Assembly: GCA_943704415.1 (NCBI GenBank)
Contig: CALSCO010001185.1
Location: 1 to 42,403, forward strand
Direction: 5' to 3'
DNA length: 42,403 nt
Source of the DNA: Parvularia atlantis
Taxonomy: Eukaryota
The notes under the pieces were generated by a model, which was given only the letters and a program-made list of their open reading frames with translations, searched no databases and was not told the DNA's origin. Positions within the stretch are counted from its first letter, which is position 1. Each line of letters opens with the position of its first letter. A program made the translations under genes and the position numbers. Below are positions 1 to 11,566 of this stretch, piece after piece.

Positions 1-53
1 GGGGGGGGGCGGCTGAGCGCACCGCACTAGGCCACACGGGACGGACGGCGCAC

Positions 54-398
54 CTTGTCGGTCACCGCGCTCACGAAGCTGCCCACCTCGGCCTCGCCCA
101 CCGGCTCCGGCGCCTGGGCCGGCTGCCCCTGCGCGGTCTGCGCCTGCGCGGCCTGCGCGGCCCTGCGGCTCTTCTTGCCCTTGCGGTTCTGCGGCGCGCG
201 CTTGTATCGCGCCGCAAACTCGCTGCGCCGCGGCCCTCCCCGTCAGCCGCCGGACGGACGCTGTCACGCTGTCACGCACCGCACGGCGACCAGGACGGGT
301 GCCGCCAGAAGCACCGCGGCGGCCGGGCGCGGTGCGAGGTAGGCCGGGCGCGCGACGAAGGCCGCCGAGCGCACGAGCCGCCCGATGAGCGCGGCCAT
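54..398 (-). CDS. 5' part (first two exons) of an unknown, probably mitochondrial protein; runs off the window's left end
   Basis: ATG at 398. Arg/Ala-rich, acid-free N-terminus MAALIGRLVRSAAFVARPAYLAPRP resembles a presequence. A GTGCGT..GCTGAC..GCAG intron is followed by REFAARYKRAPQNRKGKK..VTDK and another GTGCG donor at 53. Confidence 0.6.
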
Positions 399-440
399 GC
401 TCGGTGTCGTGCGGCTGACAATCGAGCGACACGCAAAAGC

Positions 441-952
441 ATGGGGTTCGCGCTTGCGCACCTGCTGCTCGCGTCGCTCTTCTTCGTCAACGCCGTGGCC
501 GTGCTCAACGAGCAGCGCTTCCTCGTGCACAGTGCGTCCGAGGGCGCGGGCGCTGGCCTGTGTGGACGGGCCGTCCTGACGCGGGCGCGCGCGCGCCCCG
601 CCAGTCGGCTTCAGCTCGGCCGCGCTGAACGAGCCCGGCTTCGGCGCGTCGCAGCCGCCGGGCGGGTCCGTCAAGAGCCGGCTGATCACGCTCATCTCGT
701 CCGTGCAGACGCTGCTGAGAAGTGCGTGCTGCCACGGCGGGTGCGGGGGCAGGCGGGGCGCGGTGGTTGTGTAGTGCGGACCGTGCGCTGCTGCCGCCGC
801 CGTGCGCTGCTGCCGCCGCCGTGCGCTGCTGCCGCCGCCGTGCGCTGCTGCCGCCGCCGTGCGCTGCTGCCGTGCGCTGACGCCGTGCGCGCGTAGTACC
901 GCTCATCTTCATCAACGTCGTCGTCATCCTGTACGAGCTCGTGCTCGGCTGA
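441..952 (+). CDS. YOS1: Yos1/IER3IP1-like ER-Golgi transport membrane protein, 3 exons (441-531, 605-721, 897-952)
   Basis: Spliced product MGFALAHLLLASLFFVNAVAVLNEQRFL..IGFSS..SVKSRLITLISSVQTLLRIPLIFINVVVILYELVLG matches Yos1 family motifs (NAxAVLxExRFL; LRxPLIxxNxxxIxYELxLG). Confidence 0.92.
781..882 (+). repeat. 19-bp minisatellite (CCGTGCGCTGCTGCCGCCG) x4 plus partial copies, inside Yos1 intron 2
   Basis: Exact units at 781, 800, 819 and 838; degenerate units at 857 and 870. Confidence 0.9.
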
Positions 953-1067
953 CGGAGCGACGGACTCACCGACGGACGGGCGTCATCGCCCTATGGGCTG
1001 AGCGAGCGGGCGCGTCGTGTTCCTCTGTACAACCACGCCGTCTCTAGAGCGCGCCAGGGACAGCCCG

Positions 1068-1572
1068 TCACGCCTTTTGCGGGTCCTGGATGACGACGAG
1101 CAGAAAGTCCTTGTCTGCAAACGCACGCACGCACGCGGATGTGAGCACCACGCACGCGCCACACGCACGCGCACGCGTACCCGGCGCGAGCATGAGCTCG
1201 TGCTTCTTGGTGCGCACGCGCAGGAACGTGAGCTCGTCCTGCCGCGCCGTGAGCGGTCCAGCCAGCGCCGCAACCACACGCGCGCCAGCGCACCTGCCCG
1301 TCCAGGCTACGCACGGTCTCGCGCGCCGTCGCCATGAGCCCGCTCAGCAGCTGCGCGTACTGAACCTTGACCGCGTCGGCCACGGTCGAGCGGATGATCT
1401 TGCCCTCGTGGCTGAGGATGAGGATGCCGACGACCTCCTTGCGCTTCTGCAGCCTCTCAATCGTCTCCTCGAACGTCTCGCGCGCGTCCTGCAGCGTACG
1501 CGCGGGGGGGGGGGGCGGGCCGTCAGCAGCGAAGACGCGCGACGACCTCAGCACGCTTCCTACCGCGGCCAT
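1068..1572 (-). CDS. DYNLRB: Dynein light chain, roadblock/LC7 family, 4 exons
   Basis: MAA|DARETFEETIERLQKRKEVVGILILSHEGKIIRST..QYAQLL..ARETVRSLDGQ|DELTFLRVRTKKHELMLAP|DKDFLLVVIQDP, a classic roadblock sequence. Confidence 0.93.
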
Positions 1573-1595
1573 TTTGGGACTCGCCTCTTTCGAAA

Positions 1596-2861
1596 ATGGT
1601 TCACGCGGCCGAGCAGCGCCTCGCGCGGTCGCTGGCCAGCCGCAGCGAGCGCGGCCTGCTGCGCGCGCTCAGCCACGCCGATGGTATGGTCGACTTCAGC
1701 AGCAACGACTACCTCGGGTGCGGCGCGGGATCTGCGCCCCCTCGCCCCGGTTTCTCACGCCGCTCTGCGCGCAGACTCTCACGCGCGCCTGAGCTGCTCA
1801 CGCTCGTCGACAACGCGCGCCAGGCCCTGACCGAGCTCGGCGGGCCCAGCCAGCCGCAGATGGCCTTCGGCTCGACTGGCTCGCGCCTGCTCACGGGCAA
1901 CAGCCACACGGCCGAGGCGCTTGAGAAGTTCCTGGCCGAGTTCCACGACGCCCCGGCCGCGCTGCTGTTCAACTCGGGCTACGACGCCAACGTGGGCTTC
2001 TTCTCGTGTGTGCCGCAGCCGGGCGACATCGTGCTGTACGACGAGCTCGTGCACGCGTCGGTGCACGACGGCATGCGCCTCGGCCGCGCCCCGCGCACAC
2101 CCTTCCGCCACAACGACGCCGCCCACGCCCGCGCGCTCCTGCTCGAGCACCGCACGCGCCACGCCGGCGCGCCCGAGCCCTCGATCGCCTTTGTCGTGGT
2201 CGAGTCGGTCTACTCGATGGACGGCGACGAGGCGCCGCTGGCCGCGCTCGCGGACGTGTGCGACGAGCTCGGCGCGTGCCTGGTCGTGGACGAAGCGCAC
2301 GCGACGGGCGTGGTGGGCGCGCACGGCGCGGGCTGCGTGCAGCAGCAGGGCCTGCAGCGGCGCGTCTTTGCGCGCCTGCACACGTTCGGCAAGGGCCTCG
2401 GCTGCCACGGCGCGGCCGTCGTCGGCTCGGTCGCGCTGCGCCAGTACCTGATCAACTACGCGCGCTCGCTCATCTACACCACGTCGCTGCCGCCGCACTC
2501 GCTCATCGCCATCCGTATGGCGTACGACGTCATGGTGCGGGCCGACGAGCGCCGCGCCCACCTCGCGCACCTCGTCGACCTCTTCCGCAAGCTGCTGCGC
2601 GCCCTGCCCGCGCCGGCCTCGCTGCTGCCGTCGACAAGCGCGATCCAGGGCGTGGTTGTGCCGGGCAACGACGCGGTTGTGCGGCTCGCGGCGGCCCTGC
2701 GCGCGGCGCAGTTTGACGTCAAGCCGATCCGCTCGCCCACGGTGCCGGCCGGGACGGAGCGCGTGCGCATCTGCCTGCACGCGCACAACAGCGAGGACGA
2801 GGTCCGGCGCCTGTGCGAGCACGTGGCGCGGTACTTTGGCACAGCGAGCGCCAAGCTGTGA
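1596..2861 (+). CDS. bioF: 8-amino-7-oxononanoate synthase (PLP-dependent, biotin synthesis); one 57-nt intron 1718-1774; C-terminal PTS1-like AKL
   Basis: Motifs [67 protein letters not shown]. Confidence 0.95.
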   Translation: MVHAAEQRLARSLASRSERGLLRALSHADGMVDFSSNDYLGCGAGSAPPRPGFSRRSARRLSRAPELLTLVDNARQALTELGGPSQPQMAFGSTGSRLLTGNSHTAEALEKFLAEFHDAPAALLFNSGYDANVGFFSCVPQPGDIVLYDELVHASVHDGMRLGRAPRTPFRHNDAAHARALLLEHRTRHAGAPEPSIAFVVVESVYSMDGDEAPLAALADVCDELGACLVVDEAHATGVVGAHGAGCVQQQGLQRRVFARLHTFGKGLGCHGAAVVGSVALRQYLINYARSLIYTTSLPPHSLIAIRMAYDVMVRADERRAHLAHLVDLFRKLLRALPAPASLLPSTSAIQGVVVPGNDAVVRLAAALRAAQFDVKPIRSPTVPAGTERVRICLHAHNSEDEVRRLCEHVARYFGTASAKL

Positions 2862-2924
2862 AGATTGCATATATACGCACAGCCGCTATACTTTGATCGC
2901 CAGCTGCGTGGCACCGTGACGGTG

Positions 2925-4074
2925 ATGAACGACGACGATGGCGCCGTGGCCGCGTTCACGCCGCAGGAGCGCGAGCTGCTCGTGTTTGTGCGGCAGCACA
3001 CGGGGGTGCGCAGGCCGCCGCGACGTGGACCGTGCGGTGCTGATCGAGAGGCGCCGCAGATGGTCTCGATCGACGAGACCGTCAACGCGCTGCGCTACAC
3101 CCTCGAGGACGGGATGCGCCTGGTCAACGCGCTCTCGAGCAAGGGCGTGATCGAGCTCGTGCAGTCCGGCAGCGTACTGCACCTGCGCGAGGTCAAGTCG
3201 GCCGAGTTCCTCAAGTACGCATCGTGTCGCCGCTCGTGCGGCCGTGCGCGCTCACCGGCCCGCTCGCCGCCGCAACGAGGTTGCACAACCTTACCACTGA
3301 CGAGCGCCTGCTCTGGGTGCTCATCCGCCAGGCCGGCAACAAGGGTGCGTGCGCCGCCGCGGCCTGCTCCGGGAGGGGGGCCGGTGGCGATGACGAGACG
3401 ATCCTTGCTCTTGAACGCTGGGAGGGCGCCTCGCGGCGCCGCGCGGCGGCGTGTGGGTCTTTGTCGGATGCGGGTGCTCGGCGACGCGGTGCCCTTGCGG
3501 CGCTGCGACGCTGCGCCCGTCTGAGCCACCTGCCTTCCTCCCTCGCCGCTCTGAGCCGCGTCCCTTTCGCCGCGCGCTGACCCCGTCGCGCAGGGATATG
3601 GACGCGCGACCTGCGCACGCGCAGCAACCTGCAGCAGGCGACGATCAACAAGGCACTCAAGGCGCTTGAGTCGCGCAAGGTGATCAAGGCCGTCAAGTCG
3701 GTCGAGGTGCGGCGCGCCTGCGCGCACACGCGTTGGCGCTCGCACGTGACTCGCGCGCGCCGCAGAGCAAGAACAAGAAGCTGTACATGCTGTACGAGCT
3801 CGAGCCGTCGCGGCAGATCACGGGCGGTGCGCTCTACAGCGACCAGGAGTTTGACGAGGAGTTTTTCAGCATCCTCAAGGAGACGGTGCTGCGCTACATC
3901 CACACGCAGGTGCGCCGCGCGTGAGCACCGTGGCTTGGTCCAACAGCGGCGGGCGCAGACGGTCCCGCACGACCAGGACGCCGTGTACTTTCTCTCGTAC
4001 GAGTCGTACCCGACCGCACAGGACGTGCTGCGGCACGTGCACGAGACGGGGCTCAGCAAGGTGCGCCCCACGGG

Positions 4075-4105
<31 letters not shown>

Positions 4106-4369
4106 AGTGCCGACGCGCGCCCGCGGCAGATCGACCTGCAGGTGGAGGAGATCGAGTCGCTCCTCGCCGTGCTCGAGCACAACAACCAGATCGAGCGGCT
4201 GCCGAACCGGGCGTACCGCGCGCTGCGCAAGACGCACGAGCCGATGCATCTGACCAACATCCCGTGCGGCACCTGCCCCGTCTTCAACCTGTGCGTCGAC
4301 GGCGGGCCGATCAACCCGACCAACTGCGTCTACCTCGACCAGTGGAAGACCCTGGCCATGGCAGAGTAG
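2925..4369 (+). CDS. POLR3F: RNA polymerase III subunit RPC34/RPC6, about 7 exons
   Basis: AGNKGIWTRDLRTRSNL..KALKALESRKVIKAVKSVE..KKLYMLYELEPS..ITGG..YSDQEFDEEF, and the C-terminal Fe-S motif PCGTCPVFNLC..INPTNCVY. Confidence 0.95.
3383..3530 (+). ncRNA. Candidate intronic box C/D snoRNA-like RNA in RPC34 intron 3 (3345-3593)
   Basis: GGTGGC-GATGA (box C-like) ... CTGA-GCCACC (box D) with a 6-bp terminal stem, extended by GGGAGGGGGG/CCTTCCTCCC. The host intron is about 4x longer than typical here. Confidence 0.55.
4076..4103 (+). repeat. (TG)n microsatellite in the last RPC34 intron
   Basis: About 14 TG units, seen directly. Confidence 0.9.
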
Positions 4370-4444
4370 GCCCCCCTCCATCGCCGCGGAAGCAATGTAC
4401 GTAGAGAACAGAGACGCAGCACGGCGTACAGGCCAAGCAGCGGC

Positions 4445-5415
4445 TCACGACGCCGGCGCTTCGCTCGGTGCCCCTTCGCTTGCCGGCGCTGCTGTCGCTG
4501 CCGCCGCCGCCTCCCCTGCGTCGCCCTTGCCCGACTCGGCCAGAGTCTTGTTGTCGGCCTGCGCCTTTTCAAACGCCTCCTTGAACTTCTGCGCGTCTGC
4601 TCGGCGGCGGCGACGTCAGCCCTGCCAGCGGCCGGGCGGCCGGGCCACGCGCACTCTCAGAGTTTGCCAGGCGGATGGCCAGCAGCTCCTCGCTCTTCTC
4701 GCCGTCGGCGTAGTCGGCCAGCACCTTCCACACCCACGAGCGGTCGCTGCCCACGTTGGGCGTGAGCTTCATGTCGACCGAGACTGCGCAGCCCGTCAGC
4801 GGTGCGGGCTCGCGCGCGGGGCGGCGCCGCGCACGCACTGTAGTGGTTGGCGCAGACCTTGAGCGTCTTGTCGCGCCGCATGACCAGGCGGATCTTCTTC
4901 GTCTCCTGCCGGCCGGCCGGCCGCGCGCCGTTGAGCGGGCACGTCGGCGGCGCACGGGCGCACACCTTGTTCTGCAGGAACTTGCAGTCCCCCGTGCCCC
5001 GCTCCTTCCACTCCTTCGCGCCCGTGTCGAAGCGGTACAGCTTGGCGCGCCTGCGTGCACGCGTGCGCGTTCCGGTGAGCGACGGCGCGTCAACACGGCG
5101 AGCATGCGCGCGCACATCTTGAACACCACGTCCTCGTTCTCCTCCATCGTCCGCACCTCGACCTCCTCGAGCTTCACGATCGGCTCAAAGTGCACGTCAT
5201 TGCTCGGCACGACCTCGTCGTCCTGCGGGGCGCGCGCGCACACGGTTCAGCCGCCAGCCTGCGCCGAGCATTCGCCAAGCCGTCCATCCGCGGGCCATCC
5301 AGCATCCATCCGCGGCCCGCAACACCATCGGGCCCATCCACGCCCGGCCCCGCATCGACGGCGCGCGCCGCGGTACCTTGTCGGCCGCGCTGTTGTCGGC
5401 GTCGGCGGCAGACAT
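4445..5415 (-). CDS. RANBP1: Ran-binding protein 1 (RanBP1/Yrb1), multi-exon
   Basis: [84 protein letters not shown]. Confidence 0.95.
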
Positions 5416-5473
5416 ATGCGGCGACGTTGCCAGTCGAAACCTTATGTGGGCATGTATGTACACACGCGCATCT

Positions 5474-7352
5474 CTACTCGCACGCCTCGTCGCCAGTCGA
5501 CAGACAGCGCACGATCTCGACGAGCACGTAGTAGCTCGACACGGCCGCGCCCGCCAGCCCGAGCAGGAAGACCGTCGCGTTGACCGCGTGCATGTGCCAT
5601 CGCGCCGTCGCCCAAAACAGGCGCGAGTGGATGGCCGGCGGCAGCAGGAAGATGGCCTATGCAGCGTCAGCAAGGCGTGCGCGCACGCGGCGCGACGGCC
5701 GCATACCGTCGACGTTGCAAACGCCCCGACGAGCGCGCTCACGAGCGAGAACAGCGGGATCTGCGTCGCGAAGACCGCCGTGATCCCGACGATGCTCAGC
5801 CTGACGAGGTTGCGCTTCGTCTCGCGCCACGACACGGCCACGTCCGCGTCCAGCAGCCCGAGGGCCGACTCGGTCATCTGCGCGCACGCGTGCACGGTCA
5901 TCACATCTGTCTCTGCCGCACCGCGCCGCGCGTGCCTGCGTGACCGGGAACAGCTGCAGCGGATACGAGAACAGGATCTGCAGGGCCAGCAGGCCGTCTA
6001 CGTGCGTGCACGGTCAGCAGTCGCGCGCTTCCGCCGGCACATGAGCGCGTCGCACTGATGATCTGGCCATAGGTCGAGCCGAGGATCTCGTACAGCACAA
6101 TGTCCTGCACGTCGTCGCCGTAGAAGATGTACCCGAAGCTGCGTCGCGGGTGTGAGCACGCGGTGTGTGCGGAAACCCGCGCGCACCTGCCGACAAGGAC
6201 GTAAAGCAGCGTCACCACGAGCAGGCCGGCGTTGGCCACGGGAAAGTACTCGCTGCGCCTGCGCATGCCCGTGTAGATCGGGATGGCCTGGGACGCAGTC
6301 AGGCATCCAGACCGCAGCGGCAGCGATCGTGCGCGCACCAGGTTGATGCCCGACATCGAGAACACGGCCTGGCCGAATCCGACGGGCCAGGTCGCGCGCA
6401 CAAAGCCGTACTTGTTCTCGGACGGGTTCCACGAGTCGCGGAAGCCAAAGACAAACAGGCTGATGACAGCCGTCAGCAGCACAATGTTGGCCGTCAGGCT
6501 CGTCGGCGACAGGTATCGCAGGTCGCGCAGCAGCGACAGGGCGACGACGGCCGGCAGCACAATGCCGATGTACTGCGCGCGCGCACCACCGGCGTGCTCA
6601 GGCGTCGTGTGGAGCGGCAGCGAAGACGAGGCGCGCACCTGCGGCACGCTGAACACGCCAAACAGCAGCTCGAGCGTTTTGCCGATGAAGATGAGGTATG
6701 CGCAGCTGCGCGTGCGCCATCTCGCGTGGGCACGGGCGGATGCAGGCCAGTGCGCAGCGCGCACGCACCAGAAGCCGAGCTGCGAGAGCACGATAGACGC
6801 GGTCACCAGCCCGACGCCCCATCTGCCAAACGCCTCACGCCCGAGCAGCCCGTAGCTGATGTCGACGCCGCGCGGCCACTTGAGCTGCACGAAGCGCACC
6901 GACGCGACGAGGATCGAGATGACGTACACGGCCACGAGGCCCATGCCCGACATGAGCGCGACGCTCGACTGGCGCGCGCGTTGTGCGAGAGCGCGCCGTG
7001 AGCGCGACATGTGGGGCGCCGAGCGAGCAGACGCGCGCACGTAGAGGCCCATGAGGCTGAACGCGTAGGGCAGCGCGTACAGGCCCACACCCAGGAAGCT
7101 CGTGACCGTGTTGACGAGCGCCTGCGGCGCAGACGCCCTGGTGCTGCGGGCGCGGGGCGCGCGCGTAAGCGCGGCGGTGGTGCTCCGCGGGCTGCTCCCC
7201 GCGCGCGCGCACGCGTCGTCGTTGTCGTCGTTGTACTCGCCCGCGTCGGCGAGCAGGCGCACGCGCTCGCCGCCGCCGTCCTCCTGGTCCTGGATGCTGC
7301 CGTAGCCTGGCGGCGGCACAGGGCCGTCGAGGTCGCCCGCGGCCAACTTCAT
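5474..7352 (-). CDS. Amino-acid transporter, Aa_trans (AAAP; AVT/SLC36-like) family, about 11 exons
   Basis: NTVTSFLGVGLYALPYAF, ISYGLLGREAFGRWG, SQLGF..CAYLIFI, LRDLRYLSPTSL.AN, SLVSALVGA and multiple hydrophobic segments; stop TAG at 5474-5476. Confidence 0.88.
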
Positions 7353-7397
7353 GCCCGTGTAGGTAGGCCTATGCGCAATAGTTACACGTCGGTGGAC

Positions 7398-9825
7398 ATG
7401 TCGGACCAGGTCGTCGCGGCCCTGCACCGCCACGGGCGGGCCCTCAAGCAGCTCGCGCAGGTGCGCACGCGGGGTGCTGTGGGTGCGCGTGCTTGCGTGA
7501 TGCCGGGGGCTGGTGGTGGCAGTGTGGCGGCGGCGGGGACGCCCGCCGCGAGCGGCCGCTGATCACGCGTTTGCGGGTGCAACACACGCGCACGCGCACA
7601 GCTCGGGGCGGACGCAGACGTCGACGCGCTGCGCGAGGCCGTCCGGGCCCTGCGCGGGACCGTGTTCGGCTTCGTGGCGGATCTGGGCCTCGCACACGAC
7701 GCGCCCGCCGCCCGCCCGCTCCTGCTCGCGCTGCAGCCGCTGCTGCCGTGGGCCGACGGGGACCCGTGTGACGTCGACCGCGCGGCGCTGGCGCAGCGCG
7801 TCGGGGCCGTCCCGGGCCAACTGGTCAATGTCGTGCAAGCATTCAAGGCGTTTGCGATCGAGATGCAGCTGGTGTGCACGCCTGCGCGCTCTCGCTGCGT
7901 GGCCGTGACCCGGCGCGGGCGCAGGCACCAATACCAACACCAACAACACCACCGGCAACACCGCCGCCGCCATCGGGCACACCGCCGCCGCCGTCGGCCA
8001 ACGGTGCCGGGCAAGCGCGGCCCGAGTCGCTCGGCGGCCAGGACGAGCACGCGCTGCGCATGAAGACCGAGGGCCTGCGCGTGCAGCACAACAACGGCTC
8101 GGTGCAGGTCGTGTCCAACCAGCAGCTGCCGCCCGTGCTAAGCCTCGAGGACGTGATGCGCGCGTGGGACCACGCGCCGCCGCCGATGGACAGCACCGCC
8201 GCGGCCGCCGCGCGCGCACCGCTGGCCGGCCCGCGCGCGCGCTCGGACGAGCGGAACGAGCGGCCACCCAACCGGCGCTACTCGGAGCGCCCGCTCCCGC
8301 CCGTGCCGCAGCGGTCGGCCAGCAACGGGACGGGCGCATCGTACGACCAGGCGACGCTGCGCTCGGAGGAGTACCAGGGCAGCTTTACGGCGCGGCTGGC
8401 GAGCTACGCGGCGTCGGTCGCATCGCTGCGCGACTGGATCATTGTGGTCGAGGCGGGCGAGCGCCGGATCACGCCCGAGGCGCTGCTGCTCGGGCGCAAT
8501 CTGCTCGCCAAGACGACGCAGCGCGTGCAGGAGCTCATGCGCGGGATGCACGCGGCCCCGATCGTCGACAAGCAGCTGGCCAACCTGCGCACGGTCTTTG
8601 CGACGCTGTTCGACGAGCCCGCGCGGGCCACACCCGGCTACGTCGTGCCCGAGACCTCGCGCGTTAAGTTCAGCACGGCCGTGTTTGTGCTCTCGGGCAC
8701 GGTCAAGGGCGCGATCGCGCTGAGTGTGCTGCTGCACCGCTACTCGGTCCGCGCCGGCTCGCCGCGTGCGGGCGCGTTGGCTGACACAACGCGCGCGCAG
8801 ATCTTTGTCAACTGGAAGGCGCGTGTGTCGGTGGGCGCCGTGCCAGCGGACCAGGTGCGCCAGGTGTGCAAGCTCATGGTCGTGGGCCACTCGGGCGTGG
8901 GCAAGACGAGCCTCGTGCGGCGGTTCTACGGCGGCGCCGAGGCGGCCGTGGACGAGTACACGCCCACGCAGGGCATCGAGCTCAAGATCTGCAAGTGCAC
9001 CGTGGACGACAACGTGGTCGAGCTGCAGATCCTCGACGCGACCGGGCACCGCATGCTGCGCGAGACGTTTGAGCAGACGTACGCGGTGGTTGACGGCGTG
9101 TTTATCGTCTACGACACGACCAACGCGGCGTCATTTGGCGGTGCGCGCCACGCGTGAGTGCGTGTGCGACCGCCCGACTCAACAGCCGCGCAGACATCCA
9201 CGACTGGATGCACGACCTCGAAAAGTACACTTTCCAGCAGAAGATCATCGTCGCGAACAAGATCGACCTTGACACGCTGCGGGTCTGCGCGCGCCCGCTA
9301 CGGCCCGCACCCGCTCACACGCGCACTGTGTGCAGGAGGTGCCGGCGTATCGCGGCATCAACCTGGCCGAGGAGTACAAGGTGCAGCACCTCGAGACAAG
9401 CTGCCTGCGCAACGTGAACGTGGAGGACGTGTTCAAGACGATGATCCGGTGCTGCCGGGCCGCACACGCGCGCACATGCCGCTCATCGCCCACGGCGCGC
9501 GCAGGCTCATCCAGCACGCTCAGAGCAGCAAGGAGGAGGAGGAAGCGGCCAACTCGGACGACGAGGCCGGTGCGCTGCACACACACACGCTTGCTCGCGC
9601 AAGCACTCGACGCGACCGCAGACAACTTCACCACCGTCAATGTCGTGCGCCGCCCGAGCACCGCCACCGTCGCCGGCCCCTGGGCGCGCCACGGCCTCAG
9701 CAAGGTCAACAAGTACACGTTCTTCTCGGTGCGTGCGCGCCGGGGCGCCGGGAAAGGGCCGGACAGGGCGGCTGATGAACGGCGCACAGGCGGTGCCGAG
9801 GAGGCCTGAGCGTCAAAGTGAATAG
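7398..9825 (+). CDS. Large protein with a long unassigned N-terminus and a C-terminal Rab-like small GTPase domain; 3' end uncertain (9775/9809/9825)
   Basis: KLMVVGHSGVGKTSL (G1), YTPTQG (G2), ILDATGH (aberrant G3), IVANKID (G4), ETSC (G5); joined to MSDQVVAAL.. by consensus introns. Confidence 0.75.
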
Positions 9826-9900
9826 ATCATATGCATGTCCACACAGACAGACAGCTAATAACTTTACATCGTGAACCGCCTCGTACTGAACCGCGTGCCG

Positions 9901-11526
9901 ATGCTCTCCTCGTCCTCGTCCTCGTCCGCGTCCGCGTCCGCGTCCTCGTCGGGCCGCAAGGTCCTGCCTGAGGACGTGTACACGGACGCGCTCGCGGCGA
10001 TCATCGAGCGCGACTTCTTCCCGAACCTGGCCAAGTACCGCGCGCAGGAGGAGTACCTGGACGTGCGTGCTGCTCGCCATGGCCTGCTTTGCCGAGTCCG
10101 TGACGCACGCGCCCGCAGGCCCTCGACAAGAACGACATGGGCCGGCTGCAGCAGCTCTCGGCACGCTTCGCCCGCGCCACGCAGACGCCCGGGCCGCCCG
10201 GCGCTGCCGCCGCCGCAACGCCGCGCCTGCCCTTCGCGACGCCGCTGCCCGAGGTCGGCGCCGGGCCGGCCGGGAGCCTCGCGGCGGCGGCGGCGGTGGT
10301 CAACCGCGAGCGCGAGCAGCGCCTGCGCGCGGCCGGTGTGGACGTGGACCTGACACTCGAGGCGTTCCAGCTGCGGTACACGTCCGAGGACGACGCCTCG
10401 TTCGAGCGCCTCGTCGAGCGGCTCAACAGGAAGCACCGCGACCGCTACCACTGGCTATATGACAAGCGCGAGCAGCGGCTGCGCAGCGGGCGGCTGCTGA
10501 CGGCGGCCAGCGCGGGCGACGTTGGCGTGCTCGTGAGCGCGGCGCCCTCGGCCACGTCGCACGCACTTGTGCCCGTCGGCCGCGCGGGCGACGACGCCGA
10601 CGATGCGGCGGCTGTGGCCGCGACGCCCGTGGAGGAGGCCGAGCGGCCGACGCTGCAGGCCAAGCAGCTGCCCAACAAGCTCGAGTACTGGGACTTCACC
10701 GTGCGGAACGCGCTGATGTACTACCCGGACGGGAGCCCGCTCACGGACGAGCAGCGCCTGCGCCTGGCCACGCACAAGACCGAGGTCAACTACGACGTCT
10801 TCAAGCGGCCCTTGCCCGTGCACAAGACGCCCGCGCCGGGCGGGGCCGCGCCCGCTAAGACGAGCGACACGAGCGAGATCGCCCGGTTCATCCAGCGCCA
10901 GGCGCTGCAGAAAAGCGTCTTCACGCCGACCGCGCACACGCCCGCACCGCTCCAGGGCTCGCCCAAGATTGCCGGCTACGGCCTCGTGCCGTCGACACCC
11001 GCGCTCGTGCCGGGCGTAGACGCGACGCCGATGATGACTTGGGTGTGCGCCTTGTTCGTCTACGGCGGCTGTTGCGCATTGCTGACGCGTGCGTGCTTGC
11101 AGGGCACCATCGAGGGCACGCCGCTCCTGCTCGACCCGACGATGACGCCGCTGCGCCCGGGTGAGCCGCACTTCCACATGCCGCCGCCGTCGGCACGTGA
11201 GCGCGCCGCCGACAAGCTGGCCGACAAGATGGCCAAGAAGAGCCGGCAACGGACGGTGCACGCTCGGCGGCTCGCGCGCTTGACCGCGCCCCTGACGCGC
11301 CACCCAACGCAGACGCTCCAGGCGGCCGCAGGACGCTCGCCCGCGCGCGGCAGCGGCACGCCGCACAGCCCCGCCGTGGCCAAGATCCTCGCCGGCGCCG
11401 ACTCGCAGCTGCGCGCGAGCTACCGGTCGCCCCTGTCGCGGCGCAGCACGACGCCGGCGAGCAAGTCGACGTCGACACGCGCGCGCACGCCGCGCAAGGC
11501 CGCCGCGGGCGGGCGATCGACCCCCG

Positions 11527-11566
<40 letters not shown>

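Noticed and set aside
1..9. G-run at the start and C-run at the end of the window as terminal inverted repeats or telomeres
   Set aside because: Both fall in apparent introns of truncated genes. Homopolymer runs are common assembly break points and similar runs occur internally (about 1505, 36648).
781..882. Direct repeats as a possible CRISPR array
   Set aside because: Units are adjacent with no spacers, lie in a spliceosomal intron, and there are no cas genes.
1596..2861. bioF as bacterial contamination or very recent horizontal transfer
   Set aside because: It has a consensus spliceosomal intron, host-like codon usage and a PTS1-like end.
11529..11561. (GCA)n run in ESS2; also RD-coding and PT/poly-Pro-coding repeats at about 11900-12030 and 31270-31445
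   Set aside because: These are in-frame low-complexity coding repeats, not independent elements.
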